Shown: one piece after another, positions 1-12,100 of the stretch | Numbering within the stretch: position 1 is the first letter of the stretch | Layout: every line of letters begins with the position of its first letter | Assembly (NCBI GenBank): GCA_030390025.1 | Contig: JASTWF010000034.1 | Span: forward strand, 2,046,001-2,110,000 | Direction: 5' to 3' | DNA length: 64,000 bases | Source: Squalus acanthias | Lineage: Eukaryota | Program-made: the position numbers and the translations under genes | The notes under the pieces: generated by a model | What the model saw: only the letters and a program-made list of their open reading frames with translations | What the model was told of the DNA's origin: nothing | Databases searched by the model: none

Positions 1-958
1 ACGCATTAGATACAGAGTAAAGACACCTCTATCCTGTTCCAACAAATGCTCCCAGTACAGGTACTGCACGGGTTAGATACAGAGTATAGCTCACTATACA
101 TTGTGCCATCAAACACTCTCAGGGCAGATACAAGAATGGTTAGATATAGAGTAAAGCTCCCTCTACACTGTCCCATCAAACACTCCCAGTTTAGGTACAG
201 CACAGGTAAGATGCAGAGTAAAGCTCCCTCTACACTGCCCCATCAAACTTTCTCAGGCAGGTACAGCACGGGTTAGATACAGAGTAAAGCTCCCTCGACA
301 CTGTCCCATCAAACACTCCAAGGGCAGGTACAGCACGGGATAGATACAGAGTAAAGCACCCTCATCACTGTCGCATTAAAGCCTCGCAGGGCAGGTAGTG
401 CAAGCGTTAGCTACAGAGAAAAGCTCCCTCTACAAAGACTTATCGAACACTCCCAGGGCAGGTGCAGCACAAGGATTGATGCAATGTAAAACTGTCCCTT
501 CAAATATTCCCAGGAAAATACAGCCCGGGTTAGATACAAAGTAAAGCTCCCTCTACAAAGACCCTTCAAATATTCCCAGGGCAGGTACAGCACGGGTTAG
601 ATATAGAGTAAATCTCCCTCAACAAAGACCATTCAAACACTCCCAGGGCAGGAACAGCACGGGTTAGATACAGAGTAAAGCTCCCTCTACAAATACCCAT
701 CAAACACTCCCAGGGCAGATACAGCACGGGTTAGATACAGAGTAAAGCTCCCTCTACAAAGACCCATCTAATATTCCGAGGGCAGGTACAGCCCGGGTTA
801 GATACAGAGTAAAGCTCCATCTACAAAGACCCATCAAACACTCCCAGGGCAGGAACAGCTCGGATTAGATACAGAGTAAAGCTCCCTCTACAAATACCCA
901 TCAAACATTCCCAGGGCAGATACAGCACGGTTTAGATACAGAGTAAAGCTCCCTCTAC
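1..958 (+). repeat. 67-bp tandem repeat (minisatellite), about 14 copies, runs off the window start
   Basis: Unit gggttagatacagagtaaagctccctctacactgtcccatcaaacactcccagggcaggtacagcac; gggttagata recurs at 661 and 728 (period 67). Confidence 0.95.
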
Positions 959-3900
959 CCTGGTCCATCAAATTAGAGAGATGTATGCGTAACTCAAAGA
1001 CTGGTATGGGAGAAATTGATTTCACATCCTGGGGCACTAGCACCACTACTGGGGAAAGTGGGATCTGTACCATTGGGTTGGTCTTCACCTGAACCGTGCT
1101 GGGACCAGTGTTCTGGCGAGTCATATAACTAGGGCGGTAGAGAGGGCTTTCAACTAAATATTGGGGGCCAGGGATCAAATCTGGGAAGATGTGGTAATTC
1201 AAAGAGTAGAAACAAGACAAGTGAGAAAGGTATTAACATGGGAAATGATAAACAGACCGTGACGGGAAGGGATAGAGAGTACAAATCTAAGAGTAAATCA
1301 ACAGATAAGGCTAAAGGTTACAAAAATAATAAAAGGACAAAACTATAGGCTCTGTATCTGAATGCACGAAGCATTCGAAACAAAACAGATGAATTAATGG
1401 CGCAAATAGAATTAAATAAGTACAATCTGATAGCCATTACAGAGACATGGCTGCAGGATGACAAACATTGGGACCTGAATATTGAAGGGTACATGATATT
1501 TAGGAAAAAGTGGAGGGGTGGCTCTGTAAATTAATAATGGTATTAGCGCAATAGAGGGATGACTTAAGTTCAGGAAACCAGGATGTAGAAGCGGTTTGGG
1601 TAGAGATGAGAAATGATGAAGGCAAGAAGTCACTTGTGGAAGTGGTGTACAGGCCCCCTAACAGTAATCACACGTTAGGATGGAGTATCAAGGAAGAAAT
1701 AATGGGAGCTTGTCAGAAAGGTACGGCAATAATCATGGGGGATTTTAATCTACATATAGATGGAAAAATCAGATGGGCAAAGGTAGCCTAGATGAGGAGT
1801 TCATAGAATGTTTTTGGGACAGTTTCTTAGAACAGCACGTTCTGGAGCCAACCAGAGAGCAGGCTATAGTAGACCTGGTATTGTGAAACAAGATAAGATC
1901 AATTAATGACCACATAGTGAAGGTGCCCCTAGGTCGCAGCGATCAGAATATGATTGAATTTTACATTCAGTTTGAGGGAGAGAAGATTTGGTCCAAGACT
2001 AGTTTTTTCTAACTTAAATAAGGGCAATTATGATGGCATGATAGCAGAGCTAGCTAAAGTGAACTGGCAAACTAGAGTAAGCGATAGGTCAATAGAGCTG
2101 CAGTGGCAGACATTTAATGGGATATTTCAGAATACACAGAATAGATCCATTCCAACGAGAAAGAAAAATTCCAAGGGGAGGACCCACCATCTGTGGTTAA
2201 CTAAAAAAGTTAAAGATAGTATCAAACTTAAAGAAAAAGCATATAATGGTGAAAAGATGGGTGGCAGGTCAGAAGATTGGACAGAATATAAACAAACAGC
2301 AAAGAATTACTAAAAGATTAATAACGAGAGAAAAATGAGAGTACGAGAGAAAGCTAGCTAGAAATATAAAAACAGATAGTAAGAGTTTCTATAGCTATTC
2401 TAAAAAGAAAAGAGTTAACAAAGGGAGCGTTGGTGCTATAAAAAGTGAGTCTGGGGAATTAATAATGGAAAATAAGGAGATGGCAGTTGAATTGAACAGG
2501 TATTTTGCATCGGTCTTCACTATAGAGGATACAAGTAACATCCCAGAAACAGCTGTAAATCAGGAAATGGAAGGGAGGGAGGAAGTCAAGAAAATTACAA
2601 TCACCAGGGAAGTAGTACTGAGGAAATTGTCGGAGATGCGGGCTGACAAGTCCCTGGGTCCTGATGGACTTCATCCTAGTGTCTTAAAAGAAGTAGCTCG
2701 TGAGATAGTTGATGCGTTGGTTTTAATTTTCAAAAATTCCCTAGATTCGGAGAAGGTTCCATTAGATTAGAAAATAGCGATTGTAACTCCTTTATTCAAA
2801 AAGGGAGGGAGACAGAAAGCAGGAAACTACAGGCCAGTTAGCTTAACACCTGTCTTAGGGAAGATGCTAGAAACTATTATTAAAGACGTTATAGCAGGGC
2901 ACTTGTAAAAGTTCAAGGTAATCAGGCAGAGTCAGCATGGTTTTGTGAAAGTGAAATCATGTTTAACCAATTTATTGGAGTTCTTTGAGGAAGTAACATG
3001 TGCTGTGGATAAAGGGGAACCGGTGGATGTACTGTACTTAGATTTCCAGAAGGCATTTGATAAGGTGCCACATCAAAGATTATTTCGGAAAATAAAAGCT
3101 CATGGTGCAGGGGGTAACATATTGGCATGGATAGAAATTGGCTAGCTAACCGGAAACAGAGTGAAGGCATAAATGGGTCAATTTCTGCTTAGCAATTGTA
3201 ATGTGTAGTGTGCCATAGGGATAATGCTGGGGCCTCAACTTTTTACAATTTATATAAATGACTTGGATGAAGGGACCGAAGGTATGGTTGCTAAATTTGC
3301 TGATGACAAAAAGATAGGTAGGAAAGTAAATTGTGAAGAGGACATATGGAGGCTACAAAGGTATATAAATAGGTTAAGTGAGTGGGCAAAGATCTGGCAA
3401 ATAGAGTATAATGTGTGAAAATGTGCAATTGTGCATTTTGGCAGGAAAAATAAAAAATAAGCATATTATCTAAATGGTGAGAGATTGCAGAGCTTTGAGA
3501 TGCAGAGGGTTCTGGGTGTCCTGGTGCATGAATCACAAAAAGGTTAGTATGCAGGTACAGCAAGTAATTAGGAAAGCTAATAGAATGTTAACGTTTATTG
3601 CGAGGGGAATTGAATAAAAAAGTAGAGAGATTATGCTTCAGTTATAGAGGGCATTGGTGAGACCACATCTGGAGTACTGTGTACAATATTAGTCTCCTTA
3701 TTTAAGGAAGGATGTAAATGTGTTGGAAGCAGTTCAGAGAAGGTTTACTGGACCAATACCTGGAATGGGCGGGTTGTCTTATGAGGAAAGGTTGGGCAGG
3801 CTAGGCTTGTATCCACTGGAGTTTAGAAGAGTAAGAGGTGACTTGATTGAAACCTTTAAGATCCTGAGGGGTCTTGACAGGGTGGATGCGGAGAGGATGT

Positions 3901-4226
3901 TTCCTCTTGTGGGAGAATCTAGAACTAGGGCTCACTGTTTAAAAATAATGGAGCGCCCATTTTAGACAGAGATGAGGAGAATGTTTTTTCTCACAGAGGG
4001 TCGTGAGTCTTTGGAACTCTCTTCCTCAGAGGGCGGTGGAGGCAGAGTCTTTGAATATTTTTAAGGCGTACGTAGATAGATTCTTGATAAGCAAGGGGGT
4101 GAAAGGTTATCGGGGGTTGGATGGGAATGTGGAGTAATCAGATCAGCCATGATCTTATTGAATGGCGGAACAGGCTTGAGGGACCGAATGGCCGACTGCT
4201 GCTCCTAATTCGTATGTTCGTTATGT
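959..4226 (+). mobile_element. Degenerate CR1 LINE, 5'-truncated within ORF1 (ORF1 end, ORF2 endonuclease-RT, 3' UTR, tail)
   Basis: ORF1 end (WGKWDLY..GLHLN, ..ERAFN* at 1157); ORF2 fragments LNARSIRNK, YRPPN, MGDFN, GPDGLHP, LDFQKAFDKVPH, KFADD, QRRFT; many stops and frameshifts; tail cgtatgttcgttatg near 4211-4225. Confidence 0.93.
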
Positions 4227-4279
4227 ACCTGCCCCGGGGGGATTAGGAGGGGCTCGGCCGCTTTAACATTTTTCCTGGC

Positions 4280-4410
4280 TGCTCTTTGATTGATTGGCTC
4301 CCTGCTCCTGTGATGTCACATGGAAACAGGGCCCCGCCCCTGGTTACGGTCCATCAGTGGGATGTCAGTTTGGGAGGAGCTGGAGTGACAGCTGACACTG
4401 GCAGTGAGTA
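4280..4410 (+). promoter_or_regulatory. Possible promoter and short first exon of an unidentified gene
   Basis: Reverse CCAAT (gattgg near 4292), palindromic tgtgatgtcaca, GC box ggccccgcccc near 4330, donor-like ca|gtgagt near 4403. Motif evidence only. Confidence 0.25.
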
Positions 4411-4588
4411 TAGTTCCAATAAACAGGGCAATGGGCTGAAAGGAACAATTTAATATTAATGTAAGTAATTCAAATACACATTAATTGCAAATATAATGAA
4501 ATTAGATACAATCCCAGTCAAAAAAACAGCTCCACTGTATTCCAGGTACTAGATCTGGGATTAATATGAATGATTTTTGTATTGACAG

Positions 4589-4920
4589 TCTCTGGGAGTG
4601 AGCAATATCACAGGAAGGTGGAGAGAGAGAAGTCGAATCATCGCCACACTCTCTGGGACTAGAGAAATGTCTCTGGTTTCACAGAGCAGATCTGGTGGGA
4701 TCGAGACCCCCCGTGTCGGAGACGGGATAAAACGGGAAGCTTCAACAATGATTGGAAAGGTGAGGAACTTTAGTGAGAATTCCACCAGTCCAGGATTCTG
4801 CCGAGGTGAGAGTCTAACCAGATACTGGGATTTGTTCAACATCTGCCGTCAGGCTCGGCCTTTGATGCAACAAGTTGAGCGGAGCTTAACTCGGAGATAA
4901 ACCTTGCCCGGACCTCACCC
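4589..4920 (+). other. Candidate exon in unique sequence, product unknown
   Basis: Acceptor-like tttttgtattgacag| ending at 4588; donor-like gtgag at 4806 and gtgagt at 4921; open frame 4598-4900 with no recognised domain. Confidence 0.2.
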
Positions 4921-4944
4921 GTGAGTGTTTGACACTTACATGTA

Positions 4945-5283
4945 GAGCGATCTTTATTCTGTATTCATCCCATGCTGTACCCGAGCTGGTTGTGCTTCAT
5001 TGGGTAGTGTCAAGGGAGCTGTACGCTGCATAGAACACATGATGTATCACAGTTGGTTGTGTTGATGAACCAAATTGGAGGGAAGTTTACTCTGTATCTA
5101 ATCCGTGCTGTACCTGCCCTGTGATTGTTTGGTGGGACAGTGTAGAGGGAGCTTTACTCTGTATCTAATCCGTGCTGTACCTGCCCTGGGACTGTTTGGT
5201 GGGGCAGTGTAGAGGGAGCTGAATTTTGTATCTAACCCACTGTACCTGCCCTGGAGGTATTTGATGAGAGCTTTACTCTGTAA
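4945..5283 (-). repeat. 67-bp repeat family, inverted orientation, about 5 partly decayed copies
   Basis: tttactctgtatctaatccgtgctgtacctgccctg... is the reverse complement of the unit at 1-958. Confidence 0.85.
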
Positions 5284-6033
5284 CAGGGGATTACATGGGG
5301 TACACAGCACAGAACCAGGCCAGTCGGCCCAACCAGTCCATGCCAGCGTTTATGCTCCACTCGAGCCTCCTCCCGTCTTACCTCATCTAATTCTATCAGC
5401 GTAACCCTCTATTCCCTTCTCCCACATATGCTTATCTAACTGCCCCTTAAATGCATCAACACTATTCGCTTCAACCACTCCCTGTGGTAGCGAGTTCCGC
5501 ATTCTCACCACTCTCTGGGTAAAGAGGTTTCTTCTGAATTCCCTATTTGATTTCTTGGTGACTACCTTATATTGATGGCCTCTAACCCTCAGCCTTCAAG
5601 AGAAAGGAGACTTAGCCTGCACATCCTTTCCTGACATTGCCTCACCTTGCTTTTCTGGTATTATCCATGTAAATCTTCTCTGCACCCTCTCCAGTGCCTC
5701 TATATCCTTTTTAGAATATAGCGAGCAGAATTGTACACAGTTTTCCAAGTGTGGTCTAAACAAGGTTCGATGCAAGTTTAGCATAAATTCACTACTTTTT
5801 CAATTCTACCACTCCAGAAATAAACCCGAGTGATTGGTTTGCTTTTTATGGCCTTATTAACCTGTGTCGCTACTTTCAGTGATGTGTGTTTTTGTACTCC
5901 GAGATCCCTTTGCTCCGCTACCCAATTTAGATTCTTATTTTCCAAGTAATATGTGACCTCTCTACTTTTCTTACCAAAATGTAATACCTCAGATTTATCT
6001 GTGTTAAATTTCATTTGCCAATTATATGCCCAT
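5284..6033 (-). mobile_element. CR1 LINE 3' fragment
   Basis: Minus-strand WQMKFNTDKSEVLHFG, RPHLENCVQF, ERVQRRFT, followed by a CR1-type 3' UTR. Confidence 0.88.
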
Positions 6034-6113
6034 TAAAGAGTTATTAGAAATACATAATAAATAATATCAATCAGTAATGGAAAAGTATGGCTAAAACTAT
6101 AATATTTATGTCT

Positions 6114-9100
6114 CCCCCCAGTACTGAACCCTGGGGAACTCCACTGCATACCTCCCTCCAGACCCCAGTACAGAACTCTGGGGAAGTCCACTGTATACCT
6201 CACTCCAGACCAAATTACTGAACCCTGGGGAACTCCACTGTATACATCCCCCCAGACCCCAGTACTGAACCCTGGGGAACTCCACTGTATACCTCCCTCC
6301 AGACCCCAGGACTGAACCCTGGGGAACTCCACTGTATACCTCCAGCCAGCCCCAGTACTGAACCCTGGGGAACACCACTGTATACCTCCCCACAGACACC
6401 AGTACTGAACCCTGGGGAACTCCACTGTATACCTCCCTCCAGACCCCAGTACTGAACCCTGGGGAACTACACTGTATACCTCCTTCCAGACCCCAGGACT
6501 GAACGCTGGGGAACTCCACTGTATACACCCCCCCAGACCCCAGTACTGAACCCTGGGGAACTCCACTGTATACCTCCCTTCAGCCCACAGTACTGAACCC
6601 TGGGTAACTCCACTGTATACCTCCCCCCAGACCGCAGTACTGAACCCTGGGGAACCCCACTCTATACATCCCTCCAGACCCCAGTACTGAACCTTGGGGA
6701 ACTCCACTGTATACCTCCCACCAGCCCCCAGTACTGAACCCTGGGGAACATCACTGTATACCTCCCTCCAGCCCCCAGTACTGAACACTGGGGAACCCCA
6801 ATGTATACCTCCCTCCAGCCCCCAGTACTGAACCCTGGGGAACTCCACTGTATACCTCCCTCCAGACACCAGTACTGAACCCCGGGGAACTGCACTGTAT
6901 ACCTCCCTCCATATCGCAGTACTGAACCCTGGGGAACTCCACTGTTTTACTCCCTCCCGACCCCAGTACTGAATCCTGGGGAACTCCACTGTATACCTCC
7001 CTCCAGACCCCAGTGCTGAACCCTGGGGAACTCCACTGTATACCTCCCTCCAGTCCCCAGTACTGAACCCTGTGGAACTCCACTGTATACCTCCCTCCAG
7101 ACCCCAGCACTGAACCCTGGGGAACTCCACTGTATATCTCCCTCCATACCCCAGAACTGAACCCTCGGGAACTCCACTGTATACCTCCCTCCAGACACCA
7201 GTACTGAACCCTGGGGAAATACACTTTATATCTCCCTTCATACCCCAGAACTGAACCCTGAGGATCTCCACTGTGTACCTCCCTCCAGACCCCAGCACTG
7301 AACCCTGGTGAACTCCACTGTATACATCCCTCCAGACCCCAGTACTGAACCCTGGGAAAATACACTTTATATCTCCCTTCATACCCCAGAACTGAACCCT
7401 AGGGAACTCCACTGTATACCTCCCTCCAGATACCAGTACTTGACCCTGGGGATCGCGACTGTATATCTCGCCACAGACATCAGGTCTGAACCCTGGGAAA
7501 CTCAACTGTATACCTCCCTCCAGACCCCAGTACTGATTCCTGGGGAACTCCACTGTATACCTCCCTCCAGACCCCAGTACTGAACCCTGGGGAACTCCAC
7601 TGTATACCTCCGTCCAGACCCCTGTACTGAACCCTGGGGAACTCCACTGTACACCTCCCCCCAGACCCCAGTACTGAACCCTGGGGAACTCCACTTTATA
7701 CCTCCCTCCAGACCCCAGTACTGAACCCTGGGGAACTCCACTGTATACCTCCCTCCAGACCCCAGTACTGATTCCTGGGGAACTCCACTGTATACCTCCC
7801 TCCAGACCCCAGTACTGAACCCTGGGGAACTCCACTGTATACCTCCGTCCAGACCCCTGTACTGAACCCTGGGGAACTCCACTGTACACCTCCCCCCAGA
7901 CCCCAGTACTGAACCCTGGGGAACTCCACTTTATACCTCCCTCCAGACCCCAGTACTGAACCCTGGGGAACTCCACTGTATACCTCCCTCCAGACCCCAG
8001 TACTGATTCCTGGGGAACTCCACTGTATACCTCCTTCCAGACGCCAATACTGGACCCTGGGGAACTCCACTGTATACCTCCCTCCAGCCCCTGCTACTGA
8101 ACACTGGGGAACTCCACTGTATACCTCCCTCCAGCCCCCAGTACGGAACCCTGGGGAAATCCACTTTATATCTCCCTTCATACCCCAGAACTGGACCCTA
8201 GGAACTCCACAGCATACCTCCCTCCAGCCCCTGCAACTGAACCCTAGGGAACTCCACTGTATACCTCCCTCCAGATACCAGTACTGGACCCTGGGGATCT
8301 CGACTGTATATCTCGCCAAAGACACCAGGTCTGAACCCTGGTGAACTCCACTGTATACCTGCCCCCAAGACAACAGTACTGAATCCTGGGGAACTCCACA
8401 GTATACCTCCCCTCAGACCCCTGTACTGAACCCTGGGGAACTCCACTTGAAACATCCCTGCAGCCCCCAGTAGAGCGTCCTGGGTATGTCCAGTGTTTGC
8501 CTACCTCCAGCCCCTGTTCTACACCATGGGGAGCTCCAATATATAACTCCCTTCAGCCCAGAGTATTGATCGCTGGGGAACTCCACTGTATACCTCACCC
8601 CAGACCCCAGTAATATCCCTCCGGAACTCCACTTTAAACTACACGCAAAATCCTGCTACTGAACCCTGGGGAACTCCACTGCATACTTCCCTCCAGACAC
8701 CAGTACTGAACCCTGGGGAACATCACTGTATACCTCCCTCCAGCCCCCAGTACTGAACACTGGGGAACTCCACTGTATACCTCCCTCCAGTCCCCAGTAC
8801 TGAACCCTGTGGAACTCCACTGTATACCTCCCTCCAGACCCCAGCACTGAACCCTGGGGAACTCCACTGTATACCTCCCTCCAGACCCCAGCACTGAACC
8901 CTGGGGAACTCCACTGTATACCTCCCTCCATACCCCAGAACTGAACCCTCGGGAACTCCACTGTATACCTCCCTCCAGACACCAGTACTGAACCCTGGGG
9001 AACATCACTGTATACCTCCCTCCAGCCCCCAGTACTGAACACTGGGGAACCCCACTGTATACCTCCCTCCAGCCCCCAGTACTGAACCCTGGGGAACTCC

Positions 9101-12100
9101 ACTGTATACCTCCCTCCAGACACCAGTACTGAACCCCGGGGAACTGCACTGTATACCTCCCTCCATATCGCAGTACTGAACCCTGGGGAACTCCACTGTT
9201 TTACTCCCTCCCGACCCCAGTACTGAATCCTGGGGAACTCCACTGTATACCTCCCTCCAGACCCCAGTGCTGAACCCTGGGGAACTCCACTATATACCTC
9301 CCTCCAGTCCCCAGTACTGAACCCTGGGGAACTCCACTGTATATCTCCCTCCATACCCCAGAACTAAACCCTCGGGAACTCCACTGTATACCTCCCTCCA
9401 GACACCAGTACTGAACCCTGGGGAAATACACTTTATATCTCCCTTCATACCCCAGAACTGAACCCTGAGGATCTCCACTGTGTACCTCCCTCCAGACCCC
9501 AGCACTGAACCCTGGTGAACTCCACTGTATACATCCCTCCAGACCCCAGTACTGAACCCTGGGAAAATACACTTTATATCTCCCTTCATACCCCAGAACT
9601 GAACCCTAGGGAACTCCACTGTATACCTCCCTCCAGATACCAGTACTTGACCCTGGGGATCTCGACTGTATACCTCGCCACAGACATCAGGTCTGAACCC
9701 TGGGAAACTCAACTGTATACCTCCCTCCAGACCCCAGTACTGATTCCTGGGGAACTCCACTGTATACCTCCCTCCAGACCCCAGTACTGAACCCTGGGGA
9801 ACTCCACTGTATACCTCCGTCCAGACCCCTGTACTGAACCCTGGGGAACTCCACTGTACACCTCCCCCCAGACCCCAGTACTGAACCCTGGGGAACTCCA
9901 CTTTATACCTCCCTCCAGACCCCAGTACTGAACCCTGGGGAACTCCACTGTATACCTCCCTCCAGACCCCAGTACTGATTCCTGGGGAACTCCACTGTAT
10001 ACCTCCCTCCAGACCCCAGTACTGAACCCTGGGGAACTCCACTGTATACCTCCGTCCAGACCCCTGTACTGAACCCTGGGGAACTCCACTGTACACCTCC
10101 CCCCAGACCCCAGTACTGAACCCTGGGGAACTCCACTTTATACCTCCCTCCAGACCCCAGTACTGAACCCTGGGGAACTCCACTGTATACCTCCCTCCAG
10201 ACCCCAGTACTGATTCCTGGGGAACTCCACTGTATACCTCCTTCCAGACGCCAATACTGGACCCTGGGGAACTCCACTGTATACCTCCCTCCAGCCCCTG
10301 CTACTGAACACTGGGGAACTCCACTGTATACCTCCCTCCAGCCCCCAGTACGGAACCCTGGGGAAATCCACTTTATATCTCCCTTCATACCCCAGAACTG
10401 GACCCTAGGAACTCCACAGCATACCTCCCTCCAGCCCCTGCAACTGAACCCTAGGGAACTCCACTGTATACCTCCCTCCAGATACCAGTACTGGACCCTG
10501 GGGATATCGACTGTATATCTCGCCAAAGACACCAGGTCTGAACCCTGGTGAACTCCACTGTATACCTGCCCCCAAGACAACAGTACTGAATCCTGGGGAA
10601 CTCCACAGTATACCTCCCCTCAGACCCCTGTACTGAACCCTGGGGAACTCCACTTGAAACATCCCTGCAGCCCCCAGTAGAGCGTCCTGGGTATGTCCAG
10701 TGTTTGCCTACCTCCAGCCCCTGTTCTACACCATGGGGAGCTCCAATATATAACTCCCTTCAGCCCAGAGTATTGATCGCTGGGGAACTCCACTGTATAC
10801 CTCACCCCAGACCCCAGTAATATCCCTCCGGAACTCCACTTTAAACTACACGCAAAACCCTGCTACTGAACCCTGGGGAACTCCACTGTATACTTCCCTC
10901 CAGACACCAGTACTGAACCCTGGGGAACATCACTGTATACCTCCCTCCAGCCCCCAGTACTGAACACTGGGGAACCCCACTCTATACATCCCTCCAGACC
11001 CCAGTACTGAACCTTGGGGAACTCCACTGTATACCTCCCACCAGCCCCCAGTACTGAACCCTGGGGAACATCACTGCATACCTCCCTCCAGCCCCCAGTA
11101 CTGAACACTGGGGAACCCCACTGTATACCTCCCTCCAGCCCCCAGTACTGAACCCTGGGGAACTCCACTGTATACCTCCCTCCAGACACCAGTACTGAAC
11201 CCCGGGGAACTGCACTGTATACCTCCCTCCATATCGCAGTACTGAGCCCTGGGGAACTCCACTGTTTTACTCCCTCCCGACCCCAGTACTGAATCCTGGG
11301 GAACTCCACTGTATACCTCCCTCCAGACCCCAGTGCTGAACCCTGGGGAACTCCACTGTATACCTCCCTCCAGTCCCCAGTACTGAACCCTGTGGAACTC
11401 CACTGTATACCTCCCTCCAGACCCCAGCACTGAACCCTGGGGAACTCCACTGTATATCTCCCTCCATACCCCAGAACTGAACCCTCGGGAACTCCACTGT
11501 ATACCTCCCTCCAGACACCAGTACTGAACCCTGGGGAAATGCACTTTATATCTCCCTTCATACCCCAGAACTGAACCCTGAGGATCTCCACTGTGTACCT
11601 CCCTCCAGACCCCAGCACTGAACCCTGGTGAACTCCACTGTATACATCCCTCCAGACCCCAGTACTGAACCCTGGGAAAATACACTTTATATCTCCCTTC
11701 ATACCCCAGAACTGAACCCTAGGGAACTCCACTGTATACCTCCCTCCAGATACCAGTACTTGACCCTGGGGATCTCGACTGTATATCTCGCCACAGACAT
11801 CAGGTCTGAACCCTGGGAAACTCAACTGTATACCTCCCTCCAGACCCCAGTACTGATTCCTGGGGAACTCCACTGTATACCTCCCTCCAGACCCCAGTAC
11901 TGAACCCTGGGGAAATCCACCGTATACCTCCGTCCAGACCCCTGTACTGAACCCTGGGGAACTCCACTGTACACCTCCCCCCAGACCCCAGTACTGAACC
12001 CTGGGGAACTCCACTTTATACCTCCCTCCAGACCCCAGTACTGAACCCTGGGGAACTCCACTGTATACCTCCCTCCAGACCCCAGTACTGATTCCTGGGG

